From Flectonema sp. DT1601 (taxonomy: Eukaryota): 64,000 bases of DNA. The notes beneath the pieces are model-generated. The model saw only the letters and a program-made list of their open reading frames with translations. It was not told the DNA's origin and did no database searches. The translations under genes and the position numbers were made by a program. The stretch is taken from NCBI GenBank assembly GCA_964019425.1, contig OZ025795.1, forward strand, positions 1,364,001 through 1,428,000, written 5' to 3'. Shown here piece by piece: positions 29,001-43,816 of the stretch (position 1 is the stretch's first letter; each line of letters begins with the position of its first letter).

Positions 29001-31087
29001 GATCACAGAATGAAAACGATCTCGCAAGACTACAGGATGCATTCAAAGATACACAAATAGTAGTCTCCTCACTCCAATCAGAAAAACTCAGTGAGCGTGA
29101 AGAACTTGAAAGAACAATATCTCTACTGCAGAAGGATGCGAGTCAGTTAGAAAGTTTAATCAAAAGACTGGAATTAAATCACACGAATGACATCTCTCGA
29201 CTCTCATCTGAAAACAAACAAATTAAATTACAAGCTAATCAATACGCTGCTGAGAAAGAACAGTTGGATGTTACTCAACATGATTTGAGACGTGTAATCG
29301 ATCAAGTCAGGTCTGAAAAAGATGAAGCCAGAAAAGAAATAACAATTCATGAAGAGGAAAAGAGTGAGTTGGTTAAGTCTCAAAAGAACTTGGAAAGTAT
29401 TCTTCACCGACTTGAATTAGAGTACACAAAAACAAAGAGTGATGCTTTAGATATTCATGAACACTTTATGGACTTGGAAATACAACTCGTCGGTGAAGAA
29501 GATGAAAAAACTCGTTTAGCTGAGACTGCTGAACAATTATCAAAACGACTGGCGGTTATCAGCGACGAAAAATCGTTTTTTGAAGAAAAAGTTGTGAATT
29601 TGGAATCTGTTGCAGCGCAGCTCTCAGCAAAGCTTCACATCGCTGCTACTGCGAGAGACGCAGCGACTACAGAAATAGACGAACTTCAAAGAGTGTTAGC
29701 AGAAGTACAATCAAAATATCAGCAGCAACTGTCTGAAATAAAAATGGCGAAAGTACGTCAACGACAACTTCAAGAGAGAGTTTCTTCAGTTGAAACAGAA
29801 CTAGAAAATAAAAGAATCGACTGCGATGATATAAACAGAGAATTAGCTGCTCAAACCACAGCATTAGAATGTGTTATGTTATCTCCATCGGAGAAGGAAT
29901 CGTTGGAAACGGAAGTAGCCGCAACAAAATTACAACTTCGAGAAGCGACAACAGCAGCCTCAAAGATGGAAAACGAGCTCTCAATACTAATTGATAGCCA
30001 TGAGGCTGCTGTTACTCTTAGTGAGACGCAGTCAAAGAGATGTGATCAACTTAACAGTGAATGTCTGTCTGGTTTACAACAACTTGAATCTGCCCGGAGA
30101 TCTCTTCAGTCACTTGAAACTTCAAATCGTCGAATCAGAAGAGCTCACCAACAGCTAATTAACAACACAGAGGAACTCCGTTCTAAAGAAGGCGATTTAA
30201 AAAATCTTCAAAACTACAAAAAAACAGCTTCTCAATTAGAACAGAAGGTCTCAGTCTTATCTTCCAATAATAAGAACTTAACAGAAAAGACTAGACTCGA
30301 TCAGGTAGAAACTCGTCGTCTTCAACAAGAACTCCGAAGGAAGGAAAAGGAAATCCTCACTTTGGGAGACAAACTACAACGTGCGGAGTTACAAAAGAAT
30401 AGTTTGGAGGAGAGATCGAATACTAAAATTGCGAAATTACAGAAAAGTGTTAGCAACCTTTCAGACTCTGTAAAAGGACAGGGCAGATCAATCGACGGCT
30501 ACAGAGGACGTGTGAGAGACTCAGAACGTGATAGTTACATTCTACAACACATGTTGACAAGACAGAATTCTCAAAATACTCAAAGTCGTGGAATTGGATT
30601 AGGAGCAGGTCAAAGGTTCTCAACAACTCCAGTTGAGTACGCACGTCAGAGAACTGGATCATTCTCATCTGGTAGTGGTAGTCTTGCTTCTTATTATGGA
30701 AGGTCATCAAGTCCTTTAAATATTTCAATTGGAAGAAAGAAAACTATTCCTCAGTTTTCTCATCCCCCGGGTGGCGGCAACGTTCCTGGAAATCGACGAA
30801 CGTATTCATTCAGCAGCTCACCTCCTGCTGTTGTTGGGCAGACTATTCGATCTGAGACTCAGACGTATTTCAAACCAAGTCCTCAACGTGTTAGACGTCG
30901 CTCTAGCTCTCCAAGTCAAGTAATTCAAATAGCACAGCGACACAGTTCAACATACGGTCGACCAGTTCCGATATTAATTACTGGAAGTCGATCTCATACT
31001 CCACAAAGTAGGAGTTCTCCGTTGTTTGTTTCACGAGTACCGTCACGTGCGAGGTCTGTTTCTCCCCTTGACCCGAATGCTGTCTGA
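26045..31087 (+). CDS. Kinesin-like protein with very long coiled-coil stalk and basic S/R-rich tail
   Basis: GQTGSGKT, SSRSH, DLAGSER, IPFRE, then more than 1000 aa of coiled-coil-like sequence; first ATG at 26045. Confidence 0.92.
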   Translation: MMASRRVSSRRRENGGAVPPRRASRERFPNTADTNTKKEAVYVCPRFAPQRDSGPMLDFETSEGGEFVLNHHTETQDGKQDIERRVHKFAHVFDTDATEEMVFHKLWLQAREKIADGHNATVLCYGQTGSGKTHTVKFLLPRLTEACFSWMKRQSGDPNTSFRVEVSYIQIYMDSVYDLLAGSKDAKLGEILGHKNKTMDALPKGFVPVQNAEEVFQKVRTGNKWRATNAHALNERSSRSHTLFFLTMSKDHEHCMTSTQSTLLVVDLAGSERVHKTKSTGERFEEGRAINKALTTLGRVMEGLSKNDRSIPFRENVLTMYLKETLTNSFFALICCCSSDGRDSDETRCTLKFGCVAKQVQITRKTNELLKARIQAKERKAAFDQTITNMSEQHEHEKKYLQGKYDELNNEVRSNAKARKQMEATLQYTAAERKELITSLHTLEQDSSYLQSLVSKLQQESKRKDDILKQLSTEVSQKDETHNCQVQTLHDTQNNLRNQLSEASSKVREADFLRQSNAGLLSQLELANDSTDNLKQDIMMLESELTDAQQHNEEDQRRRELLKNSISALEVELTDKDQETEHLKMTTTNLQKELCSTQQQLDSKYETISKLENYLSRKEEVSRTLQETVADLSTQLINKDDTLLHTEQLVAEERRTKESLQSNIREYEQINEELEMSIEKREKSISALVESQRLLQQRAVQLQSSVQDRNIIEKELISLRHKHSQVSEQIQEQRSHYETSTRSLERHIESMEQMQQQLQKNLNDSELNREEEVSQLTTAYHDISMLVKKEKERFQEEKINLRGHISSLEHTQSSLEETVAKLERDNISTRKEGRLLQEKLHEIKELKKKGENQYKEDTLYLESIIDKLEKDQLNTKLKLISMKEEESTKHAMDVDRHKTDINNLERDTARLQAEFEETKIAKERIIEQHQTDQQKYFRDINSLESQVGELHRACDSAQRQTADNQKQYDRDTAVLRSFISKLERERSQNENDLARLQDAFKDTQIVVSSLQSEKLSEREELERTISLLQKDASQLESLIKRLELNHTNDISRLSSENKQIKLQANQYAAEKEQLDVTQHDLRRVIDQVRSEKDEARKEITIHEEEKSELVKSQKNLESILHRLELEYTKTKSDALDIHEHFMDLEIQLVGEEDEKTRLAETAEQLSKRLAVISDEKSFFEEKVVNLESVAAQLSAKLHIAATARDAATTEIDELQRVLAEVQSKYQQQLSEIKMAKVRQRQLQERVSSVETELENKRIDCDDINRELAAQTTALECVMLSPSEKESLETEVAATKLQLREATTAASKMENELSILIDSHEAAVTLSETQSKRCDQLNSECLSGLQQLESARRSLQSLETSNRRIRRAHQQLINNTEELRSKEGDLKNLQNYKKTASQLEQKVSVLSSNNKNLTEKTRLDQVETRRLQQELRRKEKEILTLGDKLQRAELQKNSLEERSNTKIAKLQKSVSNLSDSVKGQGRSIDGYRGRVRDSERDSYILQHMLTRQNSQNTQSRGIGLGAGQRFSTTPVEYARQRTGSFSSGSGSLASYYGRSSSPLNISIGRKKTIPQFSHPPGGGNVPGNRRTYSFSSSPPAVVGQTIRSETQTYFKPSPQRVRRRSSSPSQVIQIAQRHSSTYGRPVPILITGSRSHTPQSRSSPLFVSRVPSRARSVSPLDPNAV

Positions 31088-31542
31088 AATAACTCATTCA
31101 AGGTCTCGTTGTTTTCAACGGATATCAAATAATATTCTTAAATTTAAAATTAAATAATTTAAGTTGGAAGAATCGTCTCATTATTTTATATGTATTCCCA
31201 AGCAAGTACCCAAATAATCATTTCAACATGATTTCGGGGGTTTCTTTATTTTATTTAAGTTATAGTTTCAGGTTACCTATACCTTTGAAATTTATTTCCT
31301 TTCCTTTCCTTTCCTTTTTTTTTTTTTTTTTTTAAAACTTTTTTTTACAAATTGTTCAGTTGATTACTAATTTGGTTATTGAAGGATGCGTCTCTCATGG
31401 GAGAATGTTGAGGTGTTATGTGTGTTGTTTTTTTTATTACCAAACTACTGAAAATAGTAAAATCAGAATTGTAAAAGTAATTGCGAGAGTCGCATGCATT
31501 CTAATCCGCAGTTTTCCTCCCCCTTTCTAAGTTAAGCATCAC

Positions 31543-31635
31543 CATAGTCACTGTATCCTTAACAGATGTTAAACTATCGCTATGTTACGCGATACAAAAC
31601 AGTTGTATTTTACAAATTCAAACATTCAATCCCCC
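31543..31635 (+). repeat. Dispersed 3'-flank repeat, diverged partial copy 4
   Basis: catagtcactgtatccttaacagatgtt...aaattcaaacattcaatccccc matches the 3' half of copy 1. Confidence 0.75.
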
Positions 31636-32343
31636 TTTCAGTTGAAGTGAAATCCAGTATTTTATTTTTAGTTGTTCAGTTTCTTCAGTCAGAGTCTCTA
31701 CTGATGGCTGTAAACAGCTTTCTATTTTATTTATAATAATGAATTTAATTTAATTAATTTATTCTCATCGGGGAAAAACTCTTTGAGGGGTTTTTCCTCA
31801 TTCCTGTTGTATACCCACTGGAGGAAAAAAAAAAAAAAAAAAAAAAAAATTCAAAATTAAAGTATTTGCGAGAGTTCATTCCACAGTTTTCTTACTCCCC
31901 TGGAACAGTCTTCCCCTTCTGGTTATTTCTTTTGATACATTCTCTTTTGGGTCGGTTCTATTTCTCTTTTATGCCCTGCGAGAAAAAAACTACAGTCCAA
32001 AAAAAAACTAAAGTAAGTTGACTCAGCACTGCCCTAATATTTGTGTCGCATAACTAACTTATCTTATCTTGCTATGGGTGAATTCATTCCATGTTTTTGC
32101 ACATTATTCCTTGCACCTTAATTGTACTTTTTGTTCTTTTTTATTTATTTTATTTTATTTCTGTTGTTTGAAAATGACCTGTCTCTCTCATCACAGTAGT
32201 ACCTGTTAATTTGTGTTACTTATCTTTGAGATAAATAATATTACACGAGAGAGTTTATAAAAAGTGATGTGTTTGTTTTCTTTTTTTTTTGAACTTCAAA
32301 AGAAGCTATTTTTATTTTAATCGATTAGAGTGATGACAAAATA

Positions 32344-36774
<4,431 letters not shown>

Positions 36775-37793
36775 TTATATTTGTATATTGTTTTAGGTTT
36801 TTATGTTTTTGGTATCTGTTACTCATACTCACTCACTCTGTTTGCTGATCTTCCTCACAAACCTTTTTCATGGCCCTTCATCACAACAATAGGTGTAGTG
36901 GACTTGAGGAGGTTAGCAAATCAAGGTCCGCAAGCCTTTTTTTTTTTTTTTTTTTTTTTAGACGACGTAGTCGGAGAAGAAACTACACTGAAAAGCCGAT
37001 AATTCTTATGACCTATCAAGTTACCCCCTGCGTTCCAACGAAATAAAATTCAAATACGGCAACGTTGGTTTTATTTATTGAAGTCAATCGCAAGCACATC
37101 TCACGTCGGTATTGAAGCAAAAGTAACATTACCACTGCTGGCAATCAAGATGAACGCTTTTTGTTTTTTTGTTTTTTCGTTTACACAATTGGTGCAGTGA
37201 AATAAAGTTGAAAACTACCAACAGCTACTTTTAGTTAAGTTGGTTTTAAATAAAATATTTGATCTGAGACTACGATTTCCATTGCGATCTTCCAGACATT
37301 TTTTTTTTTTTTTTTTTTTTTTTCTTTTCCCCCTTTTGTTTCTTTTTTATTTGAACTGCTGTTACGGCGTTCTGCTTTACTTTCTGCTGATTTATGATAC
37401 GACCTGTACAAACGTGTAAACAAATAACAGAACCGAGGGGATGGATCAAAAAAAAAAAAAAAAATTAATAAAAGAATTCTGCAGTATATCAGCAGTCTGT
37501 TTGTTTATTCGTCTTCGTTCCCATTTCTTCCCCCACCTTTTTCTTTTAAAAAAAAAAATTTAAAAAAAATAAAATAAAATAAAATTACTGATCTATTTTA
37601 CTCTCACAGGTGACATCGTGAGAACGAAGAATTGTTTGCTGTCTATCAGCGATGCACAGTGCTTGCAGTGAGTTGGCGATTTCGCAAACTGTTTTTGTAA
37701 AATCAGAAATTTTCCATTTTTTTATTTCATACAAAGCACCGACAAAAGACAGCAGTGAAAACTATTTTTGTTTCCTTCACAGAAATCAACAAC

Positions 37794-40607
37794 ATGGACC
37801 CTCCACCCTTACCTCCTGTACCACCAATCGTCCCAGTGAAAGATCCAGAAGAAGGTTCTGGAGCAGGGGATCAAGAACCAGCTGCTGGTAAGAAGGAAGT
37901 CACTAATGAAAAGAATCAAGAGACACCAGCAGAGAGGGAAAAGAAGAATAAAAAAGAAGAAATGAGACTAAAAGTCTACGCCAGAGTAAGACCACCTAAT
38001 AAAGTTGAAATTGAAGGAAATCATCAAATGTGTATGGAACTCTCTGATGATAAAAAGAGAATTGGAGTCAGAGAAAGGTCCTATGAATTTGATGAGGTGT
38101 TTCCAGGAGACAGCAAACAGTCGGATGTGTTTGCGGCTATTGCAAAACCAACAATCGATAACGCATTTGAAGGATTCACAGGAACAGTTTTTGTTTATGG
38201 ACAGACAGGAACTGGTAAGACTCACACGATGTCTAACCGTGCAGCACAACCAGAGGAACAAGGTATAATTCCTAGAGCTGTTTCATACACTTTTGAAAGA
38301 ATCAACGCAGACCCATCAAGTAACTACACACTAACACTTCAATACCTTCAGCTGTACAGAGATAACTTACAAGATCTACAAGCTCCTGATACACCTTTTC
38401 TAAAATTAGAGAATACTGCTGATGGCGGTACTCGTATTCATGGAGTTACCACATCTGTTGCTGTCACTTCTGTTGATCATTTCTTTGAGCTTTACGACAA
38501 CGCAGATAAAAATAGAGTTGTTGCTGAAACGATGATGAACAAACAGTCTAGTCGAGGTCATAGTGTGTTGACGTTGTTCTTAAAAAAAGAACCAAAAGAC
38601 ATGTCAACTCCGGGTGTTAATGGTAAATTAGTATTCGTTGACTTAGCGGGTTATGAACGTATTAAAAAGACAATGATAACAGATGAGGTTAGAAAACATG
38701 AAGCCCAAGCAATTAATTTAAGTCTAACAGCTCTCGCTAATTGTATTGCGAGTATCACATCAAAAGCTTCTCATATTCCCTTTAGGAATTCTAGACTGAC
38801 TCGAATCCTTCATGATTCTCTAGCTGGTAATTCCGTCACAAGTGTTGTGATCACATTAGGACCATCATCAGTTCATGCTAATGAGTCAATCAATACTTTA
38901 TACTTTGGTCATAATGCTATTCAGTGTAAGACTTCTGTTACTCGAGATCTTGGACCAGTCAATTGGCAAAAAGAAGCTCGAGTTTGGAAGAAACGAGCGA
39001 CTGAATTAACTGAACAAGTAACTCAACTTGAAGCTGAGAATAGTATGCTGCTATCAAGGATTGGAGCAATTGATGGTACGGATATTGCTGTTAGCGGAAA
39101 CGATCCAGAATCTCAAAGAGTACTCAGCAGATCTAAAAGTGGTCTTCTTGATAACGAAGCCAATGAGAAGCTGCTCGAAGAATTGAAAGATGCGAAACTA
39201 AAACTCGAAGAACAACAAGTTGTGATATCTCAACAAGAAGAACAAATATCTGAATTAGAATCGCTTCAGTGGATTCTCGAACAGCTCAGAGCTGAAGCAC
39301 CTGAACGAGAAGCAACTATCGAACAACAAACAAAAGACATCGACAGTCTTCTTCAACAAAATGAGGACCTCACAATCCAATTAGAGATTGCTGATGAGAA
39401 ACTAACTCAAGTCATTCCACACGTTGATTTAGCACCAGGAAATGAACCAACTGCTGTTACTCCTGGGAAGGAACCAATATTCTTAAACTATGACCCTGCT
39501 AAGTATCTAATGTGGTGTGACTTAGTAAGGTCAGAAATAGACAGAGTTGACGTAAGAGGTACTTCGTTTGACAGAGCTCATTGGTTTGTTTCTATCCCAG
39601 ACCTGGCAGAGTACGTCACAGATGACAGAAATGAATACAGCGCAAGATATGCTGCCACACCCGCGAGGGGTGAGAATAATCAGAGTCAGGAAAAGTATAG
39701 CCCTCAGGCACCTACTTTGCCCCCACTAACTGTTCGTATTGAAGGACAACCGTTGTGTAGACAAACACTAACGTGTGTAATAGACTACGAGTTGTCTTTA
39801 CCTCCTTCTTATTATGATATTCGTTGGGAGGTTTCAAAGAACGGATACGATTTCCGTGTCATTCATTCAGCGAGCACCTCAATCAATGCGAGTGAGGAAG
39901 ACACAACTCAACGACCAGCATTACTACTATCAGCAGACCTTGTTCATTGTTATATTAGAGTTTGTGTTTCTTATGGATCAAAACAAATTCATAGTCGTCT
40001 TGTTTATGTAAACATCGATCATCATTTAGATGAAAGACTACAACACTACACAGCTCAAGGAGGTGTTCAATTCCCTGTTGGGATGTCTGACCAAACAACT
40101 GGTAAAGTAATTGAAAGACATATTCTATCGATGGAGAGTTCTGGTAAAGTGAGAGTGTTCTCATCTCAAGGAATTATTATAAGGGAATATAACTTAAGTC
40201 AAGTTGAAGTGTGTTGTGGTGCAACAGAAACTCAAGCATCAATAGAAGAATTATCATCTCGAGTTCTAACTGACATCAGAGTAGTTGAACTCCCAACAGG
40301 TAGAGACAGAGAGTTATTCGTTCTCGCGGTAAAACTTTTCCAAAGTATTAGAAAGTCAAAACACGTTGCTGAAGCTCTGTTAGGTGATGAAGCAGTCCCT
40401 TGGTTGGAAGGTGTTTATTTACAAGCTAAAGATTTAAATGTTACTCGAAGACTTCTAATGAGACTTCGTAATGCTACTCGAACAGGTCATTGGTGTCTTG
40501 ATAACCAATCACCGAGTAGAAGAGCTGGTGGTCATCGAACTCTAATGCAACGCGCAGAAGAACTGATGGAGAAGCCTTCTGTCATACAAGCTCCTGACAA
40601 GAGAAGT

Positions 40608-40665
<58 letters not shown>

Positions 40666-41249
40666 ACCAGCAAGTTGGTCAACCTCAGCCTCCATCTCCA
40701 AATTCCAGTCCCAGAGTACTTTCACTGAACTCATCAATTGGAGATAATAATAATAATGATAAAGCTCAGACAGCAGGTATAGGAAGTCGTGCTTCAATAT
40801 ATCTTGAAAAACGAAAAAATGATAAAAATGTAGAGAGAGAGATTGAAAAACAAGCAACAATGCCAGTTGGTACTCTCCGAACTCGTTTGGCTAAATTTAA
40901 TCGTCAGCCTGGTCAGCAATCACCTCCACCAGCACCGTCAAGGAAGACGATGATATCAATTCCTGGAGCAGCTCTTGGGCAAACATTCTTCGCTCCGAGA
41001 TCTTCAGCACCCAGTTCTCCAGTAGCTGAGGAACCTCCTGTTTTACTTCGTCGATCAATAACACCTCTAAACTCAAATGATCTGAAGGAAGCTTACATGA
41101 GTCGTATGATTGGAGACGCTGTTAGTACTGTTGGATCTTCTGATGATGAAGAAAGTTGTTTTTCACAACGTCGAAAGTTACCAAACAGAACGAGAACAGA
41201 AAGTCTTGGAGGACTCGGTACTAAAGTTAGATCAATTCAGATATCGTAA
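37794..41249 (+). CDS. Kinesin-like protein with coiled coil and putative Ig-like (A9/SCAB-type) plus PH-like region
   Basis: KVYARVRP, GQTGTGKT, SSRGH, DLAGYER, HIPFRNSRLTR; ATG at 37794 follows a pyrimidine tract ending in AG. Confidence 0.9.
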
Positions 41250-41788
41250 TGAAGGTAGTCTCTACCTGTCTCTTTGATAGATGAGGTAAGCTTTACCCTC
41301 CTTCACTGTTGCGTGTTAACCTGGATTTATTTATCCAAGTTCCTCACAACTAAGTACATCAGATCGGATTATAATGATAAGACAAAATAATGAATATGAA
41401 CTTCAAGAACTTTATAACTAAACCTCGAAATAGAAAACATGGAAATGATGTCCGCGGGGATGTTATCTCCGAATTAATATATCTCAGCCACCTCCTCAAC
41501 CACCTCAACTATTCCAAACATGTCCACAATATGATTCACCTTCTGAAATAGTACATCAAATTATAGCTATCTTATCAAATGAATAGACAAATCAAATCAA
41601 TGACCAGATATCATATCCCAGAGCACAGCATCTCATATTAACTAACGCTACGAACCCGAAAACAGGCAACAGATCGAAGATGTATCAGACTTTGGTGATT
41701 AGTCATCACACTTTTTATATTTATTGTAGAACAGAACTCTACTTGTAAAGTAGTGCGCTACGAATAAGAAATCTTCTTTGAGAAGAGA

Positions 41789-41988
41789 CAGAATTGCTAC
41801 TGGAGTGATTCAGTCACAATAGTAGACTGACTACTTCTACACCATAACTGATGATGAGAGAATAGAGTAAAGAGGTTTATGGATTACTCTCGAAACATAA
41901 TCACTGTATCTTTAACAGATTGTTGAATTATCGTTTAGGATATGATACGAATAAAGTTTGTGTTTTAAAAATTCAACTCCCCCCCAAT
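41789..41988 (+). repeat. Dispersed structured 3'-flank repeat, copy 3
   Basis: Core essentially identical to copy 2; 3' part matches copy 1. Confidence 0.9.
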
Positions 41989-43006
41989 TTTCGTATCGTA
42001 TCAAAGTTCCCCCCCAAGAAGATTTATTTCTTTTTGATTATTAATAGTTTATTGTTCTATCGATTTTTGTGTTTTTCAAATTTGTGTTTTTTATTAGTCC
42101 ACTTCACAATAAATTAATCCCTATTCCTGACTCCTCACTACGTTCTACCGTCTAGAGTGCATTGGTGGGGAAAAATGGGAGGTAAAGAGATCCTTGAAGG
42201 GTTTCGAACCTGTACCCTTTATGCAATCTTGAAAACTGTGTAGTGTTAATGTCTGTGTGCATTGTATGGTAAGACGTATATTTTTCTTTTTTTTATTCCT
42301 AAAAAAACTAATAAATTATGAAATATAAGATCCTGTTTAACTGCCTTTACTGTTTGAGGGCCTCGTTCTGTTTATTGCAGACATCACTATTCGTTATTTT
42401 ACTTTTGTTTACTCCACCTGTACCCATTTCTTTTCGTCTCCTGTATTTCTACTTTTGGAAGTTTTTGGTTTTGCCATCTGTTGTGTTTAATTATTTCTAC
42501 CAAAAAAAACATCGATGAAAAAAATGCGGGATTAAGGATTTGCAGGCGGAACTGAAGAACCCAAAGACAACCTCTCTCTGAATGACAAGACAATCTCAAC
42601 AGCAGCAAAGGTTGTAAGTTACGTCACTGACATACCAACAACTCCAACCGTCTCCACGGGGATTATTTGTAATGACGCATTCGAGCTGTCAACAACAGGC
42701 AAGTCAGCCAAGCTTACATAAGTCAACAGAAGTGACATCTGCTCCTGCCGCTACGCCAGCATTGATCGTTCCAACCAAAACAACTCAACAGCATCATCTT
42801 CCCTATTTCTTTTTTGAAAAAGTACAACACCCTTCAGGCGATGAAACGAGAAGGTCAGATGGTAGTTGGCGGCAATCAACACAAACTTTATCAGTCAAAA
42901 CAGAATAAAATGAGAAGAGGAGAGTGAAATGATTAACCATTGTGTTCTATACAACTACTGCATGTGTTAATATTATTTCTTCATAAGTCTATTCGTTACT
43001 ACCAAC

Positions 43007-43816
43007 ATGAGCCCAAGCGCTGCTATGCAGAGAGGACAACTGAGAGTTGGAGAATACTGTCTCGGTAACACAGTAGGAAGAGGAGCCAGTTCTAAAGTTA
43101 AAGAAGCTGTCCATGTGGGTACTGGCAACAGAGTCGCTGTAAAGATTCAACAAAAAGGAGTTGAAGCTGAGACTCAAGCAAGAAAAGAGATTGCCGTCAT
43201 GAATGTTGTCGGAGGAGACTCAAAGTCTGATTCACTTATCCAAATGCAAGACGTTATGGAGAGTGAGAAATATATTTATTTAGTTTACGAATTCTTATCT
43301 ACCGATCTGTTTGAAATTATTAGCAGGGGAAATGGAATTTGTGAAAACGAAGCGAAAAGTATTTTCGAAAGACTGGTGTTGGCGATTGTTGAGCTGCACG
43401 CCTTAGGAGTAGCCCATCGTGACATCAAACCAGAAAATATACTAATCGATGTTGAGTCTGACATTGTTAGGCTCGCTGACTTCGGTCTTTCTCACATCAG
43501 TAAAGAGAAAGACAATTCACAATTCCTTCTCGAGCGTGTTGGAACTGATGGTTACGTAGCACCAGAGATTACTGCAGGGCAATGGTACAATCCTTTTGAA
43601 GCTGATATTTACTCTTTTGGATGTACTCTCTTTACAGCGCTGACTGGAAAGAATTTTCCAAAAACAAGTCTGGCACTTGACGACTTTCCAGAGCTTTCGG
43701 AATCAGCTGTTGATTTGATTCTCGCTCTGACTAGTCCGTATGCTGCTACCAGACCTCTCGCTGTGGAGATCTTAGCTCATCCTTGGTTTGAGACAGATTC
43801 ATCATCTGAAGATTAG
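43007..43816 (+). CDS. Minimal Ser/Thr protein kinase (CAMK/AMPK-like catalytic domain only)
   Basis: GRGASSKV, VAVK, HRDIKPEN, DFG, YVAPE, DIYSFG, HPWF. Confidence 0.93.
   Translation: MSPSAAMQRGQLRVGEYCLGNTVGRGASSKVKEAVHVGTGNRVAVKIQQKGVEAETQARKEIAVMNVVGGDSKSDSLIQMQDVMESEKYIYLVYEFLSTDLFEIISRGNGICENEAKSIFERLVLAIVELHALGVAHRDIKPENILIDVESDIVRLADFGLSHISKEKDNSQFLLERVGTDGYVAPEITAGQWYNPFEADIYSFGCTLFTALTGKNFPKTSLALDDFPELSESAVDLILALTSPYAATRPLAVEILAHPWFETDSSSED

Noticed and set aside
31474..31900. Loose local repeat aaagta(a/t)ttgcgagagt...cagttttc at ~31474 and ~31859
   Set aside because: Short and degenerate, with no structure or function that I can support.
42515..42908. Possible upstream coding exon or ORF of the kinase
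   Set aside because: Short ORFs with no motif and no splice path that I could verify; the kinase domain is complete from ATG 43007.
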